From assembly GCA_018304025.1 (NCBI GenBank), contig JAGVXA010000008.1:2660-66659 (forward strand): DNA of 64,000 bases. Direction: 5' to 3'. A program made the position numbers and the translations under genes. The stretch comes from Candidatus Pacearchaeota archaeon. GTDB taxonomy: Archaea > Nanobdellota > Nanobdellia > Pacearchaeales > GW2011-AR1. Below are positions 33,481 through 43,072 of this stretch, piece after piece (position 1 is the first letter of the stretch; each line of letters opens with the position of its first letter). The notes beneath the pieces are model-generated. The model was not told where the DNA came from, did not search any database, and saw only the letters and a program-made list of their open reading frames with translations.

Positions 33481-35816
33481 TGGCAGACTTGGATTTGAAA
33501 TCAATTGAGAAGAAATGGGCGGAATACTGGGAGAAAGAGAAAATTTTTAAGTTTAATCCGAAGACGGGGAAAAAGATTTATTCGATTGACACGCCGCCGC
33601 CGACTGTTTCCGGAGAGATGCACATCGGGCACGCTTATTCTTATTCGCAGGAAGATTTTATTGCGCGGTATAAGCGGATGCGGGGATTTGAAGTATTTTA
33701 TCCGTTCGGAACAGATGATAATGGTTTGCCGACGGAGAGACTGATTGAAAAATTAAAAAATGTTAAAAGCAAGAGCATGACGCGGGCTGATTTTATTGAC
33801 TTGTGCTTGAAAACATTGAAGGAAATAACGCCGGCATTTATCCAGGACTGGAAAAATCTTGGAGTTTCGTGCGACTATGGGATTTATTATTCTACGATTG
33901 ACAAGCACGCGAGGAAGATTTCGCAGAAGAATTTTATCGAGTTGTTTAAAGCGGGACGAATATACAAAGAATCATTCCCGACGATTTACTGCCCTGAATG
34001 CCAGACGCCTGTTGCGCAGGCTGAGTTGGAAGATAAAAATTTAGGGAGCTTGTTCAGCACTTTGAAGTTTAAAGTTGATGGAAATGATTTGGGAATTGCT
34101 ACAACGCGGCCGGAATTATTAGGCGCGTGTGTCTGCGTTTTTGTAAATCCGCGAGATAAAAGATACAAAAATTTGATTGGAAAAAAAGCAAGAGTTCCGT
34201 TGTTCGGGCATGAGGTTCCGATAATAGCTGACGAGTCTGCTGATATTGAAAAGGGGACGGGTGTTTTGATGGTTTGCTCTTACGGGGATAAATACGACGT
34301 TGACGCGATTAAAAGAAATAAACTGCAGCCGAGAATAATTTTTTCACATAATGGGACTTTGAATATCAAGGGATATGAAGGAATGAAGATTAAAGACGCC
34401 CGAAAAAAGATTTTGAAGGAACTGGAAGAAAAGGGATTGATAATTGAGCAGAAACAGATTGAGCACGCTGTTAATGTGCACGACAAGTGCGGAACTGAAA
34501 TTGAGTTTTTGCCTGTTGAGCAGTGGTTTATTAAAATTCTCGACAAGAAATCTGAATTGATAAAACAAGGAAAGAAAATAAAATGGCATCCGGAGTTTAT
34601 GTTCAAGAGATACGAGAATTGGATAAAGGGGCTTGAGTGGGACTGGAGCATTTCGAGAGATAGGCATTTTGGAGTGCCGATTCCGGCGTGGAGCTGTGCA
34701 AAGTGCCGGAAGATAATTATTGCTGATGAAAAAGAATTGCCTGTTGATCCTTTGCAGACGAAGAAAAAATGTCCTGACTGCAAATCTGAATTAGAGGCTG
34801 AGAAGCAGGTTTTTGATACGTGGATGACTTCGTCATTGACTCCGCAGATTGCTTCTTCGCTAGCCGGCGGAAAAATCAAAATTCCTTATGACTTGAGGCC
34901 GCAGGCGCACGATATTATCAGAACTTGGGCGTTTTATACTATTACAAAAAGTTATCTGCACGAAAATGAGATTCCTTGGAAAAATATTTTCATATCGGGA
35001 TTTGTGACACTGGGCGGAGAAAAAATGAGCAAATCGAAGGGAAATATAATTCGGCCGCAAATCGTGATGGATAAGTATGGAAGCGATGCTTTGCGCTACG
35101 GTGCTGCTTCTTCGAAACTTGGAGAAGACTTGGATTATCAGGAAAAAGATTTGATTACTGGAAAGAAATTCGTTACAAAAATAATGAATGCTTCGCGGTT
35201 TGTTTTTATGAATCTGGCTTATCAAGACAAAATGCCTAAGTTGTGCGAGAGTGATAGATTGTTTTTGTCAGAGCTGAATAAACTGGTTAAGAGAGTTACC
35301 TCTGCTTTTGAAGAATATAATTATTCTCGGGCTAAGCTAGAAACAGAGAAATTTTTTTGGGAGGTGTTTACTGATAATTATTTGGAGATTGTCAAGGGCA
35401 GAGTTTATAATGGGAATGCTTCGGAGAAAGCGTCTGCGTTTTATGCTCTTTATCACGGTTTGCTGACGATATTAAAATTAATGGCTCCGTTCACTCCGTT
35501 TATTTCGGAAGAAATTTACCAGACTTATTTCAGAAAACATGAAGGGAGGAAGAGCATTCATCTTGAAGATTGGCCTGTTGAAGGAGGAGTTAGAGAGCTG
35601 AGACACGACGACAAAACTTGGGCTGCTTTTCTTGAAATAATCGCGAAAGTTCGGCAGCGAAAGAGCGAGGCTAAGATGGCGATGAATTCGCAGATTGCTT
35701 TGACTTTGACTAAAGAGCAGATGAAAGAAATGGAAGAGGTGATTTCTGATTTGAGGAATGTTTGCTGCGCCCGCGAGGTTAATGAGGGGAGAGAGTTTAA
35801 GGTGGAATTTTTCTGA
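33480..35816 (+). CDS. valS: valyl-tRNA synthetase
   Basis: class Ia motifs PPPTVSGEMHIGHAYS (HIGH) and KMSKSKGN (KMSKS); GTDDNGLPTE; CP1 editing-domain-length insertion; 778 aa. Confidence 0.8.
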   Translation: MADLDLKSIEKKWAEYWEKEKIFKFNPKTGKKIYSIDTPPPTVSGEMHIGHAYSYSQEDFIARYKRMRGFEVFYPFGTDDNGLPTERLIEKLKNVKSKSMTRADFIDLCLKTLKEITPAFIQDWKNLGVSCDYGIYYSTIDKHARKISQKNFIELFKAGRIYKESFPTIYCPECQTPVAQAELEDKNLGSLFSTLKFKVDGNDLGIATTRPELLGACVCVFVNPRDKRYKNLIGKKARVPLFGHEVPIIADESADIEKGTGVLMVCSYGDKYDVDAIKRNKLQPRIIFSHNGTLNIKGYEGMKIKDARKKILKELEEKGLIIEQKQIEHAVNVHDKCGTEIEFLPVEQWFIKILDKKSELIKQGKKIKWHPEFMFKRYENWIKGLEWDWSISRDRHFGVPIPAWSCAKCRKIIIADEKELPVDPLQTKKKCPDCKSELEAEKQVFDTWMTSSLTPQIASSLAGGKIKIPYDLRPQAHDIIRTWAFYTITKSYLHENEIPWKNIFISGFVTLGGEKMSKSKGNIIRPQIVMDKYGSDALRYGAASSKLGEDLDYQEKDLITGKKFVTKIMNASRFVFMNLAYQDKMPKLCESDRLFLSELNKLVKRVTSAFEEYNYSRAKLETEKFFWEVFTDNYLEIVKGRVYNGNASEKASAFYALYHGLLTILKLMAPFTPFISEEIYQTYFRKHEGRKSIHLEDWPVEGGVRELRHDDKTWAAFLEIIAKVRQRKSEAKMAMNSQIALTLTKEQMKEMEEVISDLRNVCCAREVNEGREFKVEFF

Positions 35817-35864
35817 TTGACTATAGTGCAATTAATTTTATAACTGTTGCTTCGCTGGATTTCT

Positions 35865-36194
35865 ATGGCAGATGAAGATAGTTCTGGCGCAAACTATTCT
35901 TTTCGCAATGAATACTTAACAAGCGCGATTATTTCTGAGTTGAGAGATTTGCGTTTGCTAAGAAAAGGATTTAGACATAAAGAAATGACTTATGTTCAGG
36001 AGAACGGAAGAAGTTTAAAATTTACACCGGCATTTAAAAGAAAATACGGAGATTCTAACAGCCGCGATTCGTTGGTTAAATATTTGATTAGTCTTAGAAG
36101 AGTTTTTAGAGAAAATTTAACACCTGAATGGCCGATTGACGAGAGTTGTCATATTAGAAAATCAAGAAGAAAGATTAGATTAAATCATAATTAA
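35865..36194 (+). CDS. hypothetical protein
   Basis: open frame from ATG 35865 (MADEDSSG); basic; no recognisable domain. Confidence 0.35.
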   Translation: MADEDSSGANYSFRNEYLTSAIISELRDLRLLRKGFRHKEMTYVQENGRSLKFTPAFKRKYGDSNSRDSLVKYLISLRRVFRENLTPEWPIDESCHIRKSRRKIRLNHN

Positions 36195-36224
36195 ATTTAT
36201 AACTTGGATTGCAGAAGGATTTTT

Positions 36225-36464
36225 ATGACGAGAAGAAATATTTATGCAAGACTTGCTTTAGCTCAAAGATCTCTTAGATTTGTAGATTCTGACAACGAAC
36301 TTTCTAATATGGCGAGAGTTGAAAAAGACGGAGTTTATTATACTCATTTATTTCTTGACAGATACTGCCACGGCGGTGTTGTGACTGATAAAATTTTAAT
36401 GGAACATATTGGGGATTTGGAATCTGCTGCGAGACACGCGATAGGAAAACAGACAACTGCGTGA
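36225..36464 (+). CDS. hypothetical protein
   Basis: open frame from ATG 36225 (MTRRNIYARL); no recognisable domain. Confidence 0.35.
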   Translation: MTRRNIYARLALAQRSLRFVDSDNELSNMARVEKDGVYYTHLFLDRYCHGGVVTDKILMEHIGDLESAARHAIGKQTTA

Positions 36465-36518
36465 TTTGATAAGTTTTATTAACTTACTTTCTGATAGGGT
36501 GATATAAATAAAATTTCC

Positions 36519-36587
36519 CTGGCGCGAATTGTCGTAACAGTGCGCAATTTGTTTGAAAATTCGCGAAGCGAATTTTCTGCGCGCCAG
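36519..36587 (+). repeat. family A-related structured repeat (short subfamily) immediately upstream of aRF1
   Basis: CTGGCGCG AATTG ... AAAATTCGC-GAA-GCGAATTTT ... CGCGCCAG. Ends 8 nt before the aRF1 ATG. GATATAAATAAAA TATA-like box at 36501. Confidence 0.65.
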
Positions 36588-36595
36588 ACAATAAT

Positions 36596-37699
36596 ATGAC
36601 AGAGATAGACCCTAAGAAAAAGAAAGAACTTGAAGATTTGATTGTGCTATTAGACGATATTCGCGGCCGGCACACTGAACTTGTTACTGTTTTGATTCCA
36701 GCTGGAACGAACATCAGCCAGGTTGTGCGGCAGCTTGAAGGGGAGAAGAGCACTGCGTCGAATATAAAATCAAGCGCGACGCGGAAGAATGTTATTGTTG
36801 CTTTGGAAATGATTATCCGGGAGCTGAAAAAATACAGACAGACTCCGGAAAACGGGCTGGCTGCTTTTGCGGGAAATGTTTCTGAAAAAGAAGGGGTGCA
36901 GGATGTTCAGATGTGGATTCATCAACTGCCGAGGCCATTGAATGTCAAGATTTACCGATGCGACCAGAGATTTGTGACAGAGCCGCTGAAAGAAATGGTT
37001 GACATCGAAGAAGTTTACGGACTTTTAGTTATGGACAGGCAACTTGCTACGATTGGGTTATTAGAGGGAAAGCAAATTAAAGTTTTGCAGAAATTAACTT
37101 CGGGAGTGCCTGGGAAGATTCGGGCTGGCGGTCAAAGTTCTCAGCGCTTTGAGAGAGTTATTGAAGGGCTGGCTAAAGATTTTTACCGTCGGGTAGCTGA
37201 AGAAATGAAAAAAATATTTTTTGACATGCCTAAATTAAAAGGAATTTTACTCGGCGGGCCGATTCCGACGAAAGAAGATTTTATCGCAGAAGGGCATTTG
37301 GTTACCAAGCTGAAAGAGAAAATTATCGCTGTGAAAGATATAGGTTATGTTGACGAGCACGGGTTGGAGCTGCTAGTTGAAGATTCTAAAGAAGAAATTA
37401 TGGAGCAGGAATTGATTAAGGAAAAGAAAATTCTTGAGAGATTTTTTCAGACTCTTGGGAAAAATAGAAAATTAGCTGTTTACGGATTGGGGAATGTCAA
37501 GACTGCGCTCGGGCGGGGAGCTGTTGACATTGTTTTAATTACTAAAGATTATGATAAGGATGAGATGAAAATTTTGGAGGGGCTGGCTGAAGATACTGGG
37601 GCTGAGCTTGTTTTGATTTCGCGGGAGAATCAGGACGGGGAGCAGTTTAATAATCTTACGAAGGGTGTCGGGGCTTTGCTGAGATTTGCGCTGGAGTAA
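36596..37699 (+). CDS. prf1: peptide chain release factor aRF1
   Basis: NIKS stop-codon recognition motif (TASNIKSSATRKN) and GGQ motif (RAGGQSSQRFERV); eRF1 three-domain layout. Confidence 0.9.
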   Translation: MTEIDPKKKKELEDLIVLLDDIRGRHTELVTVLIPAGTNISQVVRQLEGEKSTASNIKSSATRKNVIVALEMIIRELKKYRQTPENGLAAFAGNVSEKEGVQDVQMWIHQLPRPLNVKIYRCDQRFVTEPLKEMVDIEEVYGLLVMDRQLATIGLLEGKQIKVLQKLTSGVPGKIRAGGQSSQRFERVIEGLAKDFYRRVAEEMKKIFFDMPKLKGILLGGPIPTKEDFIAEGHLVTKLKEKIIAVKDIGYVDEHGLELLVEDSKEEIMEQELIKEKKILERFFQTLGKNRKLAVYGLGNVKTALGRGAVDIVLITKDYDKDEMKILEGLAEDTGAELVLISRENQDGEQFNNLTKGVGALLRFALE

Positions 37700-37731
37700 G
37701 ATTTATTAATCTTGAAATTCTTGGGAGAATA

Positions 37732-38040
37732 ATGAAACAATTTATTGCTGAATTCAAAGAGTTCTTGAAAGAGTATAAAATAGTTGGCTTGGCAATTGCG
37801 TTTATTATTGGTGTTGCGGCTACGACTTTGATTAAGTCCCTCGTCGATAATGTTGTTATGCCGTTGATTACTCCGTTTATTCCCGGCGGGGCTTGGCAGA
37901 GTGCTGTTTGGACTTTTGGTTCAGTGGTGATTGGGTGGGGCGCCTTTCTCGGGGCTGTGATTAATTTTGTGATAATTGCCTTGGTTGTTTTTATTATCGC
38001 GAAATATTTTTTCAAGGAAGAGAAGGTTGGGAAGAAATAG
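37732..38040 (+). CDS. mscL: large-conductance mechanosensitive channel
   Basis: FKEFLKEYKIVGLAIAFIIGVAATTLIKSLVDNVVMPLI and a second TM helix; 102 aa. Confidence 0.8.
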   Translation: MKQFIAEFKEFLKEYKIVGLAIAFIIGVAATTLIKSLVDNVVMPLITPFIPGGAWQSAVWTFGSVVIGWGAFLGAVINFVIIALVVFIIAKYFFKEEKVGKK

Positions 38041-38132
38041 ATTAGGAATGTTGCTGAGAGAGAGTAGTTCTATTGAGATGTCATTTTTACGAGTATAGCA
38101 AATAATATAAACGAAGCGCTTGTTGAGAAAAG

Positions 38133-40196
38133 ATGGAAGATGAAAAAAGAGCGCCTGATGTGAATACAGCTGTGCGACTGGCTTCGACGGGGAAGAAGCA
38201 GGATGACTTGATACTTGAGGCGAAGGGATTTTTCGACGCGCACAAAAAAGAAATAGGAAAATCAATTCGGGCGGGGGAGAATGTTGTCAGGCTGAATTTC
38301 TCGCAATTAGCTGAATTTTCTCCTGTTTTGTCCGACAACATGGTTCAGATTCCCGAGGACAGCCTGGCTATTATGGAAACTGCATTGGGAGAGCTCGGAT
38401 TAGTTGAGAATCCGCGGATTAGACTGGAGGAATTGCCGAGGACTTCTTACATTAAAGTCAGGGACATCAGAGCAAAGCACCTTGACCAGTTATTATGGAT
38501 TGACGGAATTGTTCGGCAGGCGTCGGATGTCCGCCCGCAGGTTGTCAACGCAAAATTTGAGTGCCCGAATTGCGGCGCGATTTTGTCTGTGCTGCAGATT
38601 GACAGAAAATTCAGAGAGCCGTCGAGATGCTCGTGCGGGTGGAAAAGCAATTTTAAAATTTTGTCGAAAGAAATGGTTGACGCGCAGAGACTTGTTATCG
38701 AGGAATCGCCTGATGCTTTGGAGGGTGGCGAGCAGCCGAGAAGAATTAATGTTTTTTTGAAAGAAGATTTGGTTGACCCGAAAATGGAGGGAAAGACAAC
38801 GCCGGGGAGCAGGGTTAGCATTTACGGCATTTTGAAAGAAGTTCCTGTGCCTCTTCAAACAGGAGCGATTTCGACGAGATTTGATATTGCGGTAGAGGCC
38901 AATAATGCTATTTCTGGAGAGGAGGGTTTTGAAGATTTAGATATTTCCGACGAGGATATTCGGCAGATTCAGGAGCTGGCTGTTGATCCGAATTTGTATG
39001 AGAGACTGTCGAAAAGCATTGCGCCTTCAATTTACGGTTTTGATAAAATTAAAGAAGCTGTATTGCTGCAATTGTTTGGCGGGGTGAAAAAAAAGAAATC
39101 TGATGTTGGCTTTACGAGAGGAGATATTCACGTCCTGCTTGTTGGCGATCCCGGTGTTGCGAAATCTGTTTTGCTGAAGTATATTTCGATAATTGCTCCC
39201 AAGGGAAGATATGTTTCTGGAAAAGCTGCTACTGCCGCGGGTTTGACTGCTGCTGTCGTGAAAGATGAATTTTTAAGAGGATGGTCGTTGGAAGCAGGCG
39301 CGATGGTTTTGTCTAATAAAGGAACTGTCTGCATTGATGAAATTGAAAAAATGAATGAACAGGACAGGAGCACGATGCATGAGGCGATGGAACAGCAATC
39401 TGTGACAATTTCCAAGGCAAACATCCAGGCGACTTTGCGAGCTGAAACAACTGTTCTTGCTGCGGGAAATCCGAAGCTCGGGAGATTTGATCCTTACACT
39501 CCGATTCCATCTCAAATTGATATTTCTCCTGCTTTGCTATCGAGGTTTGATGTTATTTTTATTATTCGGGATTTGCCGAACAAAGTTCAGGATGCGGCGA
39601 TTGCGACGCATGTTTTGGAAGAGCACCAGCAAGAGGTAATCAGAGATGTTGTTGAACCAAAACTTTTCAGGAAATATGTTGCTTACGCGAAACAGAAAAT
39701 AAAACCGCATTTGACTGACGAGGCTGTTGAGGAAATAAAGGAATTTTATATTCGTCTTCGAAATCAGCCGGGGCGGGCGGATTCTGAGCTGAAGCCGATT
39801 CCGATTACTGCGCGACAGTTGGAGGGAATTGTCCGATTGGCTGAAGCGCATGCGAAGATGAGACTTAGTTTAGAGGTAAATGCGCAGGATGCCAAGAAAG
39901 CTATTGAGCTGGTGAAGTTTTCTTTAATGCAGGTTGGATACGACGAGGAGACGAAGAGTTTTGACGTTGACAGGATGACTACGGGGATAACGACTTCAAA
40001 GAGGGGGAAGATTTTGCTAGTTAGGGAAGTGATTGCGCAGCTGGAAAGCAAGCTTGGGAAATTAATTCCGATGGAAGAATTAGAAAAAGCTTTGGAAGGA
40101 AAGATAACTGATATTGAAATGGAAGAAGCTTTAACGCAGTTGTCTAAGTCAGGAGATATTTTCAAGCCGAAGAAAGGATTTATTCAGAGAATTTAA
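38133..40196 (+). CDS. mcm: minichromosome maintenance (MCM) replicative helicase
   Basis: Zn motif CPNCG...CSCG, Walker A LLVGDPGVAKS, Walker B CIDEIEKM, arginine finger SRFDVIF, C-terminal winged helix. Confidence 0.92.
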   Translation: MEDEKRAPDVNTAVRLASTGKKQDDLILEAKGFFDAHKKEIGKSIRAGENVVRLNFSQLAEFSPVLSDNMVQIPEDSLAIMETALGELGLVENPRIRLEELPRTSYIKVRDIRAKHLDQLLWIDGIVRQASDVRPQVVNAKFECPNCGAILSVLQIDRKFREPSRCSCGWKSNFKILSKEMVDAQRLVIEESPDALEGGEQPRRINVFLKEDLVDPKMEGKTTPGSRVSIYGILKEVPVPLQTGAISTRFDIAVEANNAISGEEGFEDLDISDEDIRQIQELAVDPNLYERLSKSIAPSIYGFDKIKEAVLLQLFGGVKKKKSDVGFTRGDIHVLLVGDPGVAKSVLLKYISIIAPKGRYVSGKAATAAGLTAAVVKDEFLRGWSLEAGAMVLSNKGTVCIDEIEKMNEQDRSTMHEAMEQQSVTISKANIQATLRAETTVLAAGNPKLGRFDPYTPIPSQIDISPALLSRFDVIFIIRDLPNKVQDAAIATHVLEEHQQEVIRDVVEPKLFRKYVAYAKQKIKPHLTDEAVEEIKEFYIRLRNQPGRADSELKPIPITARQLEGIVRLAEAHAKMRLSLEVNAQDAKKAIELVKFSLMQVGYDEETKSFDVDRMTTGITTSKRGKILLVREVIAQLESKLGKLIPMEELEKALEGKITDIEMEEALTQLSKSGDIFKPKKGFIQRI

Positions 40197-40220
40197 ATAA
40201 TTTGAAAAATATTTAGAAAG

Positions 40221-41156
40221 ATGGTAAAAGAGGAGATAGACGAGATTGAGAGGAAACTGAAACAAATTGCAGAAGAGATAGTTGTGCAAGAAACCAGATT
40301 TCGCAAATTCGGTGATTTGAGCAGAAAACAGAAACTTGCGGAGATGTATGAAGAGAGGGCAAGATTGTATGAAGAACGGGCGGCGATTCTTGATTCACGA
40401 AATGCTGTCAGCATGAAAGGTTTATTCGGGAGAATTTCTAAAGATAATGATTTAGCTTCTGCGCGCTGGAATCACAACATAGCCAGAGCTTACCTTGCTG
40501 AAGTAGAAAAATTCAAGAAATTAAAAAATTCGGGAAGAGAAAAGGGGGAGTCTGACTTGGATGATGAGAAAACTTCTGTTTCGCAGAGATTACGGAATGA
40601 AATTGCTGAATTGAAAAATCAGCGCAGCCGCGTTTCAGCTAATGAGCTGGGAAGGAATTACAAGGGAAGAATTGCGGAAAGAATTGATTTGAGCACACGG
40701 CTTGGCGAGGATTATAAACAGCTGGCGGATTTAGCTGAATACGACGATTCTGCCAAGATATGGTATTCTGGCGGGGCAAATAATTTTGCGCAGGCGGGAG
40801 AAGCTGCTGAAAAAATCGGGGAGAACAGGAAGGCATCAAAGGCGTATTTGAATGCTGCGAGAATGTACAAGAAATTAGGGGACTCGGAAAAAATGCAATT
40901 TTATGTTCGCAAAGCTCGGTTCGCCCGCAAGATGGCAATTCGTGGCGGTTTGGAGAAAGTGAAAGGAATTTATCTGCTTGGCTTGCTGATTTTGTCGTTG
41001 GCATTTTTATCTCCGCGGCTCACTGGAAATGTCGTTGGGATGAGGTTATCTGGTTTTGATTATTTCGGCTTAGGATTTTTTGTTTTGTTTTTATTAGGAA
41101 TTGGGATGAAGGTTTATTTGGGGGGGCGGGGAAATGGCAAAATTAGTAAGAGATAA
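40221..41156 (+). CDS. coiled-coil protein with C-terminal TM helices
   Basis: helical heptad-rich N-terminal 240 aa, then two hydrophobic helices (IYLLGLLILSLAFL, GLGFFVLFLLGIGM). Confidence 0.45.
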   Translation: MVKEEIDEIERKLKQIAEEIVVQETRFRKFGDLSRKQKLAEMYEERARLYEERAAILDSRNAVSMKGLFGRISKDNDLASARWNHNIARAYLAEVEKFKKLKNSGREKGESDLDDEKTSVSQRLRNEIAELKNQRSRVSANELGRNYKGRIAERIDLSTRLGEDYKQLADLAEYDDSAKIWYSGGANNFAQAGEAAEKIGENRKASKAYLNAARMYKKLGDSEKMQFYVRKARFARKMAIRGGLEKVKGIYLLGLLILSLAFLSPRLTGNVVGMRLSGFDYFGLGFFVLFLLGIGMKVYLGGRGNGKISKR

Positions 41157-41505
41157 AATACCCGAGATTATTATTCGGGACGGCGGAAATCCTAAATCAA
41201 GGTTTGCCGACGATGAAGAGTTCTGGCAGAAGCTAAAAGAAAAATTAGTAGAAGAGACGAATGAATTTGTTGAGAGTGAAAATGAGGAGGAGCTTGCTGA
41301 TATTTATGAGGTTTTAGATGCTATAATAAATTTTGATTTCGGCGCGAATTGTCGTGACAATTCGAAATCTTTAGAAAATTCGCGGAGCGAATTTTCCGCG
41401 CAGAAATTAGATTTTAAGAAATTTGACAAGGCAAAAATTAATGAAATCAAGAGAAAGAAATTTAAAGAACGGGGCGGATTTGACAAGAGGATTATTCTGG
41501 AGTAG
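41134..41505 (+). CDS. MazG-like / phosphoribosyl-ATP pyrophosphohydrolase-like NTP pyrophosphatase carrying an in-frame repeat insertion
   Basis: KLVRDKIPEII, EEELADIYEVLDAI and KERGGFDKRIILE match the small all-alpha NTP-PPase family. A 22-codon segment (FGANCRDNSKSLENSRSEFSAQ) is encoded by a family A-type repeat. Confidence 0.6.
   Translation: MAKLVRDKIPEIIIRDGGNPKSRFADDEEFWQKLKEKLVEETNEFVESENEEELADIYEVLDAIINFDFGANCRDNSKSLENSRSEFSAQKLDFKKFDKAKINEIKRKKFKERGGFDKRIILE
41338..41403 (+). repeat. family A-related repeat (short subfamily) inserted in frame within a CDS
   Basis: TCGGCGCGAATTGTCGTGACAATTCGAAATCTTTAGAAAATTCGCGGAGCGAATTTTCCGCGCAG; closely matches the intergenic copy at 36519-36587. 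Confidence 0.75.
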
Positions 41506-41541
41506 ACAAAAACTTAAAAGGATGCATTGTTAAAAATAAAA

Positions 41542-42168
41542 ATGAGCGGAGAAATAGGTGAGTCGCAATTCAAGAGATGGATTGCGTATAAAATGAGAGC
41601 AGGCGATATTCTTGCGGGAAAGCCGGTTGTTGCCGAGGAGAAACTGCAGCATCTGGAGATTAACGGGCGGGAGATTAACCGAGTTAATGTTATTGCTAAT
41701 ATCGTTGAAAAATATGTTCAAGAAGGAGAGAAGAAATTTGGCTCGCTGACTTTGGACGACGGTTCTGGACAAATCCGCCTGAAGTTTTTTGGAGAAGATG
41801 TTGAAAAAATGAGCGGGCTGAACCAAGGCGATACTGTCCTTTGCATCGGGATGCTGAGAACTTGGAATAACGAGCTGTATGTCACTCCTGAAATTTTGAA
41901 GAAAAAAGAGCCGGCATTTCTTTTGGTTAGAAAATTAGAAATTGAAGCTGATGCGCCGAAAACTTTGGCTCGAGAGGAGATTGCGGAATTGAAAGACAAG
42001 ATTTTGAAGATGGTGAAGGGGGCTGAAGAGGGCGGGGGGATTGATATTGACAAGATTATTATGGAGCTTCACGAGCCGCCGGAAATTATTAATTCAGAGA
42101 TAAAGAAATTGTTGGAAGACGGTGTTGCTTATGAGCCGAGGCCTGGGAAATTGAGATATTTAGGGTAG
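41542..42168 (+). CDS. RPA32/Stn1-like OB-fold ssDNA-binding protein with C-terminal winged helix
   Basis: OB-fold segment VNVIANIVEKYVQEGEKKFGSLTLDDGSGQIRLKFFGED...GDTVLCIGMLRTWNNELYV and C-terminal wH IINSEIKKLLEDGVAYEPRPGKLRYL. Confidence 0.55.
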   Translation: MSGEIGESQFKRWIAYKMRAGDILAGKPVVAEEKLQHLEINGREINRVNVIANIVEKYVQEGEKKFGSLTLDDGSGQIRLKFFGEDVEKMSGLNQGDTVLCIGMLRTWNNELYVTPEILKKKEPAFLLVRKLEIEADAPKTLAREEIAELKDKILKMVKGAEEGGGIDIDKIIMELHEPPEIINSEIKKLLEDGVAYEPRPGKLRYLG

Positions 42169-42768
42169 TTCTTTCCTGCATAGATAGTCAAGGAATTTTT
42201 TCTCTTTGTTTATTGGAACCTGCCATCTTTTGATTATTTCAAAATTTTGAGTTAATAATTTTTTGATTTCATCATCTCTGTATAGAGAAAACCAGCGTTT
42301 TCCTCCTTCTTTGAATTCTTCGAATCCTTCACCCTCGCCTTCTTTTAGCGATATAAAAAACAGCCCATTATCTTTTAGCATTTCTTTAATACTTTCTATA
42401 ACTTTCGGAACATTTGACTTCGGTAAATGCAGAAGAGAAGTATACGCCAAGACAACATCAAAACTATTTTTTGGAAGGCTGAGCTTTTCTATGTCCATCT
42501 TTATTGTTTTTAGTCCTTTTTCTTTGCATTTGTTCAGCATTTTTTCTGAGATGTCCAAGCAGAGAACATCATGGTTTTTTTGTTTGAAAACAAATGCATG
42601 ATTTCCTGTGCCTGAGCCCAAATCAAGAATTTTTGAATTGCGTGGAAACGTCTTTTCAATTTCATTAATTTCGTCTTTAATAAATTCCCGCACGTATTCT
42701 TCAAATTTTTTATTGAAATAATCTGAATGGGAATCATATACTTTTAGTGTTTCTTCTTTGTAATCCAT
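42160..42768 (-). CDS. class I SAM-dependent methyltransferase
   Basis: motif I ILDLGSGTGNHA, motif II-like VLCLDISEKM, FDVVLAYTSLLHL. Confidence 0.75.
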   Translation of the reverse strand: MDYKEETLKVYDSHSDYFNKKFEEYVREFIKDEINEIEKTFPRNSKILDLGSGTGNHAFVFKQKNHDVLCLDISEKMLNKCKEKGLKTIKMDIEKLSLPKNSFDVVLAYTSLLHLPKSNVPKVIESIKEMLKDNGLFFISLKEGEGEGFEEFKEGGKRWFSLYRDDEIKKLLTQNFEIIKRWQVPINKEKKFLDYLCRKELP

Positions 42769-42919
42769 AGATTGCCAGAGAATGCTTGGTTAATAAATTT
42801 TTTTCTTTAATGCTGGAAATTTGACAGGGCTTGCTGAGGGTTTTGTCGAAAAATTTAAATACTAAGTAAAAGTTAGTTATACAAATAAAAGCGAACCTAA
42901 GCTAATTAACACTAAGTAA

Positions 42920-43072
42920 ATGGGGAGCAAAAAAGAGGCGAATGTAAAGAAATTTTTGTTGGAGATACCGGAGGAAATCTGGACTAAGTGGAAAGACAAG
43001 GTGCCGAGGTCGATTTCGCTGAATAGGGCGCTGATTGAACTGCTTGAAAAGGAGGGAGAAGATGAAGACTGA
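42920..43072 (+). CDS. small ribbon-helix-helix (CopG/Arc-like) protein, 50 aa
   Basis: Hand-translated: MGSKKEANVKKFLLEIPEEIWTKWKDKVPRSISLNRALIELLEKEGEDED (beta strand then two helices). Overlaps the start of the giant repeat gene by 11 nt. Confidence 0.45.
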   Translation: MGSKKEANVKKFLLEIPEEIWTKWKDKVPRSISLNRALIELLEKEGEDED

